Assembly: GCA_963740355.1 (NCBI GenBank)
Contig: CAVUDW010000003.1
Span: 288,001-352,000 of the forward strand
DNA from: an uncultured Gemmatimonadaceae bacterium
Lineage (GTDB): Bacteria > Gemmatimonadota > Gemmatimonadetes > Gemmatimonadales > Gemmatimonadaceae
DNA: 64,000 nt
Reading direction: 5' to 3'
Below are positions 31,744 through 40,565 of the stretch, piece by piece. A program made the translations under genes and the position numbers. The notes under the pieces were generated by a model. It was not told the origin of the DNA and did not search any database. It saw only the letters and a list, made by a program, of their open reading frames with translations. Numbering within the stretch: the first letter of the stretch is position 1; each line of letters begins with the position of its first letter.

Positions 31744-32409
31744 TTATGCCGCAGGCACCTTTTGCATGAACGCGGCCATCGAGCGGGCGGCCACAGCGAC
31801 CTCACGCCAGGCCACAAGATCCAGTGGGGCCACCGGCACCCACAACCCCAGTGTGCGCGCCTGATGCGTGAACAGCGACAGCCACACCGTGATGCGTTCC
31901 TTCTGGCGCGTCACCGCATCGCAGCGCTCCGTGGCACCGACCCACGCCACGAGCGCCTGCAACAGGCAGGAGAGGGTGGACCGACCGGTGTCGTCGAGCG
32001 GATCGATCAGCTGCCACACCGCGCCTGGTAGCGACGGGCGGAGCGACAGCTCGCAACGCTCGAGCCGACGCCGAATGCGCCGGAGACGCACCATGTCACG
32101 CGGCGACAGGATCCGCACCGGAAGCGCGACCATCTCGCCGAAGGTCGCGAGCCACTCGTGCACCAACGAGATGTCAAAACCGGCGACCGGCTGCTCTTTC
32201 GGCCAGCCGCGATCGCAGAGCACCAGCCAGGCGAGTTGCTGATCGTGGCGTGCAGCGACAGACGCCTGCAGTTCTGCTTCAGCTTCGACGCAGACCGTTT
32301 CGAGTTGTTGGGCGAGCCGCTCTGCACGCGCCGCAAGCTTGCGCTCATCCCGGATTCGATCGACACGGGAGGCTTGCGAGTGCGGTTCAGAAATCGTACC
32401 GGTAGGCAA
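31744..32409 (-). CDS. Hypothetical helical protein, paralogue A
   Basis: 221 aa, TTG start; aligns without gaps to 34066-34734. Confidence 0.75.
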   Translation of the reverse strand: MPTGTISEPHSQASRVDRIRDERKLAARAERLAQQLETVCVEAEAELQASVAARHDQQLAWLVLCDRGWPKEQPVAGFDISLVHEWLATFGEMVALPVRILSPRDMVRLRRIRRRLERCELSLRPSLPGAVWQLIDPLDDTGRSTLSCLLQALVAWVGATERCDAVTRQKERITVWLSLFTHQARTLGLWVPVAPLDLVAWREVAVAARSMAAFMQKVPAA

Positions 32410-32629
32410 AATCGTGCTCGCAAGTGCTGCGCGCGAAACGACCCCTCATGCACCAGATCCCGACGCCGGAATCGTACCGCGCATGGCATTCGACCGTGCA
32501 AGACTTTGCCCGAACGCCGGAGCCGCTCTTCTCTGCCAGCTGATCGTCACCAACCGCCTGATGATCAACGACGACATCATAGCAGACAAATGAGCGATCT
32601 CCTACCCCCACGCTTCAGGGAATTCGCAT

Positions 32630-33877
32630 CTATTCGTGTCGGATCGCGTCTATCGGACTCATCCGTGATGCCCGCAGTGCTGGGTACGTCCCGAACGCGA
32701 GCCCGACCAGCACGGCGCTGAGCACGGCCACCGCGACTGTCGTCCAGGTGAATCCGGCGTGGAAGAAGGGTGCGTTCGCGGTCCGGCGAATGATCGCCGT
32801 CACCACCAGGGCACCCGAGAGACCGAGCACCACACCAATCGCACTACCGGCACCTGAAATCGCCACGGACTCAGCGAGGAACTGCATCAGGACATCACGG
32901 CGGCGTGCCCCGAGCGCCTTTCGGACGCCAATCTCCCGCGTCCGCTCGGTCACGGAGGCCAGAAGGACGTTCATGATCCCGACGCCTCCGACCAGCAGCG
33001 AGATGCCGGCGATCGACGCCATGAAGATCTTGAAGATCAGGATACCCTGCTCCGTTTGGGCGAGCCGCATTTTTTGCGTCAGGATGTCCAGTTTCTTCAG
33101 CCTCGCCGAGAAGCGCCGAGCCGCCCAGTCTTCGGCGGCGTTCCGGAGCGACTCGACCGACTCGATAGACGGGGCGCGGAGCATCATCACCGTCGGCCGC
33201 GGACTGGCGGTGGCCGGAAAGACCTTGCGAGCGGTCTCGAACGGGACGTACGCGCTGGTGGCGGTCTCCCCCTTGAACGTGGCGAGCACGCCGACAACAT
33301 CGAGCGTGGAACCGTCCATGCGCACTTGCTCACCGACCAGCGTTTCAGGATCGCCGTCGCGCGACAACTCCCGGGCCAGCTTGTGGCTGAGCACAATCAC
33401 CGGTGTGCCGCGAGCGGCCTCGGCGTCCGTGAAAAATCTGCCGTGTGCGAGTATGAGGGCGTGGAACTGGTCCGCGCGTGAGAGGACCCCGGAGACACCG
33501 GTCGCGCGACGGCGATTGGAGGTGACGCTTTCCACCGTCATGGACGACGTCATCATCAGCGACATCCCGGTCGCGCCGGTCGCACGCTCAGCATTCGCCG
33601 CATCCTCCGGCGTGAAAACCGGGTAGTTCCGAACCGGCATCCACACGCCGTCCACCTGCTCGGTGGTCTTCGGCGTCAGCACCACCGTTTGGACTCCGGT
33701 GATTCGCTCCACCTGACTCCTGGCGGCGTCCTGCATGCCATCACCAAGCGAAAGCACCGCAACCAGTGAGGCTACGCCGATGATCACACCAAGCGTCGAG
33801 AGGAGCGTGCGGAGCGGGTTCGAGAACAAAGCCTCGCCGCCGATGCGCAGCGCCGTACTCGTAGAGGAAGGGTGCAT
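32630..33877 (-). CDS. MacB/FtsX-family ABC transporter permease
   Basis: RTLLSTLGVIIGVASLV; GRFF; ISLLVGGVGIMNVLLASVTERTREIGVRKALGA; YPALRASRMSPIDAIRHE. Confidence 0.93.
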   Translation of the reverse strand: MHPSSTSTALRIGGEALFSNPLRTLLSTLGVIIGVASLVAVLSLGDGMQDAARSQVERITGVQTVVLTPKTTEQVDGVWMPVRNYPVFTPEDAANAERATGATGMSLMMTSSMTVESVTSNRRRATGVSGVLSRADQFHALILAHGRFFTDAEAARGTPVIVLSHKLARELSRDGDPETLVGEQVRMDGSTLDVVGVLATFKGETATSAYVPFETARKVFPATASPRPTVMMLRAPSIESVESLRNAAEDWAARRFSARLKKLDILTQKMRLAQTEQGILIFKIFMASIAGISLLVGGVGIMNVLLASVTERTREIGVRKALGARRRDVLMQFLAESVAISGAGSAIGVVLGLSGALVVTAIIRRTANAPFFHAGFTWTTVAVAVLSAVLVGLAFGTYPALRASRMSPIDAIRHE

Positions 33878-34065
33878 GCGTTCGGGGAGCCGTTGGCGGG
33901 AGGGGAGCGAACGATCGCGTCGCTACGCGACGTCGGGCAGACCGGCGCAGGTACGTGCGGAGGGGCACGCGAGTTTCCCGGTCGCAAAGTAAAGCTCGCG
34001 GGCGACCGGCATTCGCGGTCGCGCAACCCTTGGCTCGATCGCCCGACGACGCGCCTGGCTCGCGC

Positions 34066-34734
34066 CTACCGGCGTGATGCGACTCGCGGCAGTACGTCCG
34101 GTGCTGTCTTCGCCAACTCGGCCAGCGCCTGCCAGCCGGCAAGATCGAGGGAATCGCTGGGCGGTGTCAGGTCGAGGGCTCGCGCCTCACCCACCAGACG
34201 CTCGACGCGTTCACGCAGGTGGGTCGTCCGTTGTGCGGCCAGCAGGGCGCGCGAATGGGCATCGACCCACGCCGCCAACGCCTGCAGCACACATGCGAGG
34301 GTCGCGCGGCCAAGGGCGTCGAGCGGGTCAACCAGTTCCCAGACTGCCCGGGGTAGCGACGGCCGAAGCTCGGCTTCACAGCGACCCAGCAGGCCGCGCA
34401 TCTCATGTTCGTGCGCCGTGTCGAGCGAGGACGTGATGTGCACCGGCAGGGTGACGTACTCACTCCACGCCGCCATCCATGGGCGGGCGGCAGTCAGCGT
34501 CTCCGCATCGGCTCGCACCTCACGCGGCCACCCCCGTGCGCACAGGATCAGCCAGGCCATCGCCTCATCGTCCAACGCCTTGTCGGCCGTCAGCAACTCC
34601 TGCGACGCATCGGCGCAAAAGGTCTCGATGGATGTCGCCAGCCGTCGCGCCAACTCGGTCCGATCGCCATCCAGACGGAGTCGATCGAGTCGCGAACCCT
34701 GCGATTCAGAATGCCGGCGGGCGGACGATGCCAA
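34066..34734 (-). CDS. Hypothetical helical protein, paralogue B
   Basis: 222 aa, TTG start; shares AWLxLCxRGWP, RCExxLRPSLPxAVWxLxDPLD and CxLQALxAWV with paralogue A. Confidence 0.75.
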   Translation of the reverse strand: MASSARRHSESQGSRLDRLRLDGDRTELARRLATSIETFCADASQELLTADKALDDEAMAWLILCARGWPREVRADAETLTAARPWMAAWSEYVTLPVHITSSLDTAHEHEMRGLLGRCEAELRPSLPRAVWELVDPLDALGRATLACVLQALAAWVDAHSRALLAAQRTTHLRERVERLVGEARALDLTPPSDSLDLAGWQALAELAKTAPDVLPRVASRR

Positions 34735-34974
34735 GGGCGAGCCTCGTTGCCCTCGCGGGCGGGTCGGACGGGTGCACAGAACGGGTCGAACCGTCGAACA
34801 GTCGGTCGGGAAGGCGGAGCACTACTCGGGATGCACGGGGACCGGCACGCCCTCTCACTGACGACGAATGGTGAGCCCGCAGGTCACCCTGCGTCGGGCA
34901 GCGCCGCCGTCCCATCCAGCGTCCCTGACCGGTCGCTATGTTCCCCGGCGGACCCTACCAGAGGAGAGCATTAC

Positions 34975-36765
34975 GTGGTTCAGGCCAGTCCCAAGTCGCA
35001 GACGAATTACGATGTGATCGTCGTCGGATCAGGCGCCGGCGGTGGCATGGCGGCGTACCAGTTGGCCGTCGCCGGCCTCAAGGTGTGCGTGCTGGAAGCG
35101 GGGCGTAGCTATGACCCGGTGCGCGAGACACCGATGTTCAAGCTGCCGCGTCAGGCACCGCTGCTTGGTGCCGGCACCAAGCACAAGCCGTTCGGCTTCT
35201 ACGACGCCACGGTTGACGGCGGCTGGGAAGTGCCGGGCGAGCCGTACACGAACGCACCTGGCACCGACTTCAAGTGGTGGCGCGCGCGCATGCTTGGTGG
35301 GCGCACGAACCACTGGGGCCGCATCTCGCTGCGCATGGGCGAATACGATTTCAAGCCGAAGACGCGCGACGGACTCGGCGCGGACTGGCCGCTCACGTAC
35401 AACGACCTCGCGCCCTACTACGATCGCACCGAGATGCTGATCGGCGTATACGGCGGCGATGACAACCTGGAGAACACACCAGCGTCATCCCCCGGCGTGC
35501 TGATGCCCGCCCCTGCGCCACGCGCGACGGAGCTGCTGACGAAGAAGCATGCGGCTCCGATGGGCATTCCCGTGATCCCGGCCCACCTCGCGATCATGAC
35601 GCAGCGTCAGGACGCCGACACGCTGCCGAAGAAGATCCATCCCAACAATCCCCTGGCGCAGAAGGTGCTGGCGCAGTCGATGCGGCAGCGCGCCGCCTGC
35701 CTCTGGGCGACGCCATGTGGGTGGGGCTGCTCGGTGAAGGCGAACTTCCAGTCGACCACCGTGCTGCTGCCGCCGGCGATGATGACGGGGAACGTCGACA
35801 TCGTTCCCGATGCGATGGTGCGCGAATTGATCGTCGATGCGAGCGGCAAGGCGACTGGCGTGCACTACATCGACAAGACCACGCGCACCGACCGGCAGGT
35901 GAAGGCCCGCGTCGTGGTGCTGGCGGCAAGCGCCTGCGAAAGCGCGCGCATCATGCTGAACTCGAAGAGTTCCCTGTTCCCGAACGGTGTCGCGAACAGC
36001 AGTGGGCTGGTGGGCAAGTACCTGATGGACACTGTCGGCGCCGGGATCGGCGGGCAGATCCCGATGCTCGAGAACCTGCCGCCGCACAACACCGACGGTG
36101 CCAGCGGCATGCACATGTATGTGCCGTGGTGGGAATACAAGAACCAGCTCGCCGGAAAGCTCGGCTTCGCACGCGGGTACCACATCGAGTTCGGTGGCGG
36201 GCGTGGCATGCCGGGCGCTGGTGAGTTCGGCGGCCTCGAGAACTACACCCAGGGCGCGTACGGCAAGCGGTTCAAGGAGGAGGCGCGCCGCTACTACGGC
36301 AGCTTCATGTACTTCGATGGTCGCGGCGAGATGATTCCCAACGAGGACTCGTACTGCGAGATCGATCCGAACGTGGTGGATCAGTGGGGCATCCCCGTGC
36401 TCCGCTTCCACTGGAAGTGGTCGGAGCACGAAACGAAGCAGGCCGCGCACATGGTCAAGACCTTCGCCGACATCATCACGTCGATGGGCGGCAAGGTGAA
36501 TGGCACGGTGCAGACCGATGGCAGCAAGGTGATTGCAGCGGGTGGCCAGATCATTCATGAAGTCGGCACCTGCCGCATGGGCACCGATCCGAAGACGTCG
36601 GTGCTCAACGAGTACTGCCAGTCATGGGACGTGAAGAACCTGTTCGTCACGGACGGCTCGGTGTTCGTGTCGAATGCAGACAAGAATCCGACGCTGTCGA
36701 TCCTCGCACTGGCCTGGCGCACGTGCGATCACATCCTGGCTGAGATGCAGCGGGGGAATATCTGA
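34975..36765 (+). CDS. GMC family FAD oxidoreductase (glycoside/gluconate dehydrogenase large subunit)
   Basis: GAGGAG RBS then GTG 34975; YDVIVVGSGAGGG, LGGRTNHWGR, HEVGTCRMG, KNPTLSILALAWR. Confidence 0.92.
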   Translation: MVQASPKSQTNYDVIVVGSGAGGGMAAYQLAVAGLKVCVLEAGRSYDPVRETPMFKLPRQAPLLGAGTKHKPFGFYDATVDGGWEVPGEPYTNAPGTDFKWWRARMLGGRTNHWGRISLRMGEYDFKPKTRDGLGADWPLTYNDLAPYYDRTEMLIGVYGGDDNLENTPASSPGVLMPAPAPRATELLTKKHAAPMGIPVIPAHLAIMTQRQDADTLPKKIHPNNPLAQKVLAQSMRQRAACLWATPCGWGCSVKANFQSTTVLLPPAMMTGNVDIVPDAMVRELIVDASGKATGVHYIDKTTRTDRQVKARVVVLAASACESARIMLNSKSSLFPNGVANSSGLVGKYLMDTVGAGIGGQIPMLENLPPHNTDGASGMHMYVPWWEYKNQLAGKLGFARGYHIEFGGGRGMPGAGEFGGLENYTQGAYGKRFKEEARRYYGSFMYFDGRGEMIPNEDSYCEIDPNVVDQWGIPVLRFHWKWSEHETKQAAHMVKTFADIITSMGGKVNGTVQTDGSKVIAAGGQIIHEVGTCRMGTDPKTSVLNEYCQSWDVKNLFVTDGSVFVSNADKNPTLSILALAWRTCDHILAEMQRGNI

Positions 36766-37463
36766 TGAGCGAGGAACAGACTCCCCCGATGGATCGCCGC
36801 GAGGCGCTGAAGGTGATTGCGGCCGCCGCTGCGAGCGCCTCGCTGGCCGAGGGGCTGAGCCCGTCGGCGGCAGAGGCGCAGCAGGTGGCGGGCGGTCCGA
36901 AGCCGAAGCCGCGCGCCGGAGCTGCCGCACCGGTCCCGCCGAAGTCGGGTCCGCGAGGCACACTCACCGATCCCGACCTGCAGAATCCGACGGCGAACTG
37001 GCCGCGATTGTTGTCGGCGTCGGAGATGCTGACGCTGGCCGCGCTCTGCGACATGATCATCCCGGCGGACGACAAGAGCCCAGCCGCCTCGACCGTCGGC
37101 GCGCACAAGTACATCAACGAATACGTCAGCGCCCCGTACGATTGGGCCGAGCGGGCGTTGGTGCGGGTGCGCGGCGGTCTGGCCTGGCTCGACGTGGAAA
37201 GTGATCGACGGTTCTCACGACGGTTCACGGCGCTGACGAATGCCGAGCGCACCAAGATCTGCGACGACATCTGTTTTCTGCCCAATGCGAAGCCGGAATT
37301 TCAGGCCGCTGCGCGCTTCTTCGACCAGATTCGCGATCTTACGGCCAGCGGCTTCTACACGACCGATGCGGGCATGAAGGACCTGCAGTACATCGGCAAT
37401 GTGCCACTCGCGAAGTTCGATGGGCCACCGCCAGAAGTCCTGCGCAAACTCGGACTCGCCTGA
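36765..37463 (+). CDS. Gluconate 2-dehydrogenase subunit 3 family protein (Tat-exported)
   Basis: Overlaps the GMC stop; Tat motif DRREALK; LCDMIIPAD, GFYTT..G...LQYIGN. Confidence 0.88.
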   Translation: MSEEQTPPMDRREALKVIAAAAASASLAEGLSPSAAEAQQVAGGPKPKPRAGAAAPVPPKSGPRGTLTDPDLQNPTANWPRLLSASEMLTLAALCDMIIPADDKSPAASTVGAHKYINEYVSAPYDWAERALVRVRGGLAWLDVESDRRFSRRFTALTNAERTKICDDICFLPNAKPEFQAAARFFDQIRDLTASGFYTTDAGMKDLQYIGNVPLAKFDGPPPEVLRKLGLA

Positions 37464-37550
37464 CTGTCAGCGTCCGCTGGGCTCCACTGACGGCACTACA
37501 GTTGTCATAGCAGGCCAAGCCTGAAACTGTCGGCGCGCTCACCGCGTCGA

Positions 37551-37592
37551 ATGAACGTCGGATGCGAACGCGCGTCCGACGTTCGTCGTTTT
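37551..37592 (+). terminator. Rho-independent terminator
   Basis: atgaacgtcggatgcg-aacg-cgcgtccgacgttcgt stem followed by cgtttt. Confidence 0.65.
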
Positions 37593-37854
37593 CTGCTGCA
37601 CGTAGGGGCACTGCCGTGCTCAAGTGTCGTTGCAGGGGTGCCGAGTGTTGATGAGTGTCAGCGTGCTGATGTGTCAACTCTGTGACGGAAACCAGCGCCA
37701 CACCGTCACTGTGTGTACACCTCTTTCGAGGACATTTGCATCCCGTGGTATCGTGCATCAGTCGAATTGCGCGATTTCTGTGTGTTCGGCACAGAGCCTC
37801 GGCTTGCAGGCCGACTCGGTTCCGGATAACATTAGAACGCTTTAAGAAAAGGTT

Positions 37855-38112
37855 ATGACGACGCCGACCCAGATGAACTCCCCGATGCCTCTCGAAGAAT
37901 TGGTTGCCGCCGTGCTCGACCTCGAACTTTCCGAGGTTTCGCTCGACAGCTCCCGCGAGAACACCGAGAAGTGGGACAGCCTCGCCCAGCTGTCGATTCT
38001 CTCGGCCGTGGAAGACACCTACGGCGTGACGCTCTCCACCGACCAGATGATGCAGGTGGATTCCGTTCGGGCGATTCGAGCGTTGCTCAAAACGAAGGGA
38101 ATTTCTGGGTGA
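37855..38112 (+). CDS. Acyl carrier protein
   Basis: 85 aa, acidic; WDSLAQL phosphopantetheine site. Confidence 0.88.
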   Translation: MTTPTQMNSPMPLEELVAAVLDLELSEVSLDSSRENTEKWDSLAQLSILSAVEDTYGVTLSTDQMMQVDSVRAIRALLKTKGISG

Positions 38113-39800
38113 CGCTGAAGCGAAAGCTGTCGTGGCGTTCCCTTCAATCGACTCACGACGACACGGCGCTTCGCATCGCCGTTCTCGCCACCTTCACGGC
38201 TGAACCGATCGTGCCGTTTCTCGGAACGGCGATGCACGCGGAAGGATTCCCGGCGCGGTTGCAGGTCGCGCCGTACGACCAGATCGTCGCACAGTGCGTC
38301 GATCCAACCAGCGAGACGGCCACATTCCGGCCGGACATCCTGGTGGTCTGGCCGCGACTGACAGATGTGTGGCGAGGCCGCGACCTGCCGCTGGTGGATC
38401 CGGTCGAGAGTTACGTCGAGCCGCTGCTCAGCATCGTTGACGCAGCCATCAACGCCGGCAGTTCGCTTCAGGCGACGCTGGTGTTCGTGCTACCCGTCCT
38501 GCCGGAAGTCCGGCCGCTCGGTGTTGGTGATGCCGGCAACCCGCGCGGTGTCCTCGCCACCGCAACTGCGGCACGCGAGGCCGCGCGTCAGATGCTGGCT
38601 GCCGCACCAGGCACCCTGATCGTGGATGCCGAGGAAGTGGTGCGCGCCATCGGGAGCCGCAAGGCGTTGGATGCTCGCACGCTCACCATCGCGCGCATTC
38701 CCTACACCGATGCCTGTTTCGCCGAAGTCTCCGACAACATCGCCCGGCTGTTGCGCATCGCACGTCGAGGTGCCGCCAAGGTGGCGGTGGTCGATGCCGA
38801 CAACACGCTCTGGGGTGGCGTGGTCGGCGAAGATGGTGCCGCTGGCATCGACCTGCTCGACAACGGTCCCGGTGAGTCGTTTCGCGAGTTCCAGCGCTGG
38901 CTGCTCGAACTGCGCCGCGCCGGCCTGCTGATCGCACTGGCGTCGAAGAACAACGAGTCCGATGTGTGGGAGGGATTCGCGCGTCCGGAGATGGCGCTGA
39001 AGCAGGAGCACCTCGCGGCATGGCGCGTGAACTGGAGCGCCAAGTCGGGCAACATCAGCGAAATCGCCGATGAGTTGAACCTCGGCACGCAGAGCTTCGT
39101 ATTCATCGACGACAGCCCGATCGAGATCGGTGAAGTGGCGGCTGCCGCACCGGAGGTCCGTGCGCTGCAGATGCCGGCGGATCCGACGCAATGGAAGCAG
39201 TTGATCGCGGCCTCCGGGGCGCTCGATCGACTGGCTCCGACGGATTCTGACCTTGGTCGCGCTGCGTCGTACGCCGTCGAGTCGACACGGCGGGTGATGG
39301 CGCAGAAGATGACGCACGAGGAGTATCTCGCATCGCTGGGCATCGCGGTGCGCATCGCCGAGCCGTCACAGACGGACATCGCGCGCTTGTCACAGCTCGT
39401 CGCGAAGACGAACCAGTTCACTCTTGGCGGACCTCGGCACGCGGAAGCCTCGCTTGCCGGGTTCCTGACCGATCCGCGCTACGCCGTGCGGGTGGTGCAT
39501 GCCGTGGATCGCTTCGGCGACTACGGCGTGATCGGCGCGCTGATCGTGGCGCATGATGATGGGCACGCGCGGCTCGATACGTTCGTGCTCTCGTGCCGTG
39601 CCATGGGCCGCGGCGTGGAAGAGGCAATGTTATGCAGCGCGTTCGAGGCGGCGGCACCGCAACAGTTGACGTGCACGCTGGTGGCGACGGAGAAGAACAA
39701 GCCTGGTCGGACGTTCTTCGCGCGCCATGGCGTCGCCGAGCCAGGCGTCGCGACCGTGATGGCACCGGTCGCGTGGCCAACCCACGTCGAGCGACGCTGA
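38109..39800 (+). CDS. FkbH-like HAD-IIIC phosphatase / glyceryl-ACP transferase
   Basis: GTGA overlap with ACP; DADNTLWGGVVGEDG, SKNN, NWSAKS, FIDDSP.E, KTNQF, DRFGDYG, LSCRAMGRGVE. Confidence 0.9.
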   Translation: MTLKRKLSWRSLQSTHDDTALRIAVLATFTAEPIVPFLGTAMHAEGFPARLQVAPYDQIVAQCVDPTSETATFRPDILVVWPRLTDVWRGRDLPLVDPVESYVEPLLSIVDAAINAGSSLQATLVFVLPVLPEVRPLGVGDAGNPRGVLATATAAREAARQMLAAAPGTLIVDAEEVVRAIGSRKALDARTLTIARIPYTDACFAEVSDNIARLLRIARRGAAKVAVVDADNTLWGGVVGEDGAAGIDLLDNGPGESFREFQRWLLELRRAGLLIALASKNNESDVWEGFARPEMALKQEHLAAWRVNWSAKSGNISEIADELNLGTQSFVFIDDSPIEIGEVAAAAPEVRALQMPADPTQWKQLIAASGALDRLAPTDSDLGRAASYAVESTRRVMAQKMTHEEYLASLGIAVRIAEPSQTDIARLSQLVAKTNQFTLGGPRHAEASLAGFLTDPRYAVRVVHAVDRFGDYGVIGALIVAHDDGHARLDTFVLSCRAMGRGVEEAMLCSAFEAAAPQQLTCTLVATEKNKPGRTFFARHGVAEPGVATVMAPVAWPTHVERR

Positions 39801-39802
39801 GC

Positions 39803-40375
39803 ATGGAAAGTGTTGGTGCGGTGGTTGGCATGGCATGGGCGTCGATCTCCCCGTCGGGCGTAGCACTGGTCTTTGCACAGCTCTTCCTGCGTGTATTGCC
39901 CGGCTTCGCCAGTGGCCGGCTACGCAGTCGGCTCTATCGCCTGCTGGGCATGGACATCGAACGCGACGCCTTCCTGATGGGGAACCTGACCTTTCGCGGT
40001 GGCCGCGGTGGGCACCAGCGTCGCCTGCACATCGGTCCGCGCGCGCGAATCAGCACCGATGTCACGGTGAACTGCGACGACCACATCACGATCGGCGAAA
40101 AAGTCACCATCGGGCCCTTTGTCAAGATCTACACCTCGACACACAGCCTTGGCCCCGGGTCGGAGCGCTGCCTGCCGGATGTCGTCTGCAAGCCGGTGGT
40201 GATCCAGCAGGGCGCATGGGTGGCGATCGGCGCGACCATCCTCCCGGGCGTGACGGTTGGGCATGGCGCCGTGATCGGCGCGGGGGCCGTCGTGACACAC
40301 GACATCCCGCCCAACGCCTACGCCGAGGGCGTGCCGGCCAAGGTGATTCGCATGCTGCCCATGGGCAATCGCTGA
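39803..40375 (+). CDS. Hexapeptide-repeat (LbH) acyltransferase
   Basis: ITIGEKVTIGP, PVVIQQGAWVAIGATILPGVTVGHGAVIGAGAVV, GVPAKVIR. Confidence 0.88.
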   Translation: MESVGAVVGMAWASISPSGVALVFAQLFLRVLPGFASGRLRSRLYRLLGMDIERDAFLMGNLTFRGGRGGHQRRLHIGPRARISTDVTVNCDDHITIGEKVTIGPFVKIYTSTHSLGPGSERCLPDVVCKPVVIQQGAWVAIGATILPGVTVGHGAVIGAGAVVTHDIPPNAYAEGVPAKVIRMLPMGNR

Positions 40376-40565
40376 TTCGCGGCGACCTGGCCGGGCTCGT
40401 GTCAGCACTTCCCTGACCCTCACCAGGGCCGTTCGGGAAAAGATTCGGTCGCAGCGCGTCTAAAGGTCAGTCGCTTCGACGATGAGTGTCGACTGGCGCC
40501 GAATGGCCCGGTTCGTGCAGCCCCGCGGCGGCAGGAAACGGTACTTCTTCCACCAACGGTTCGTT

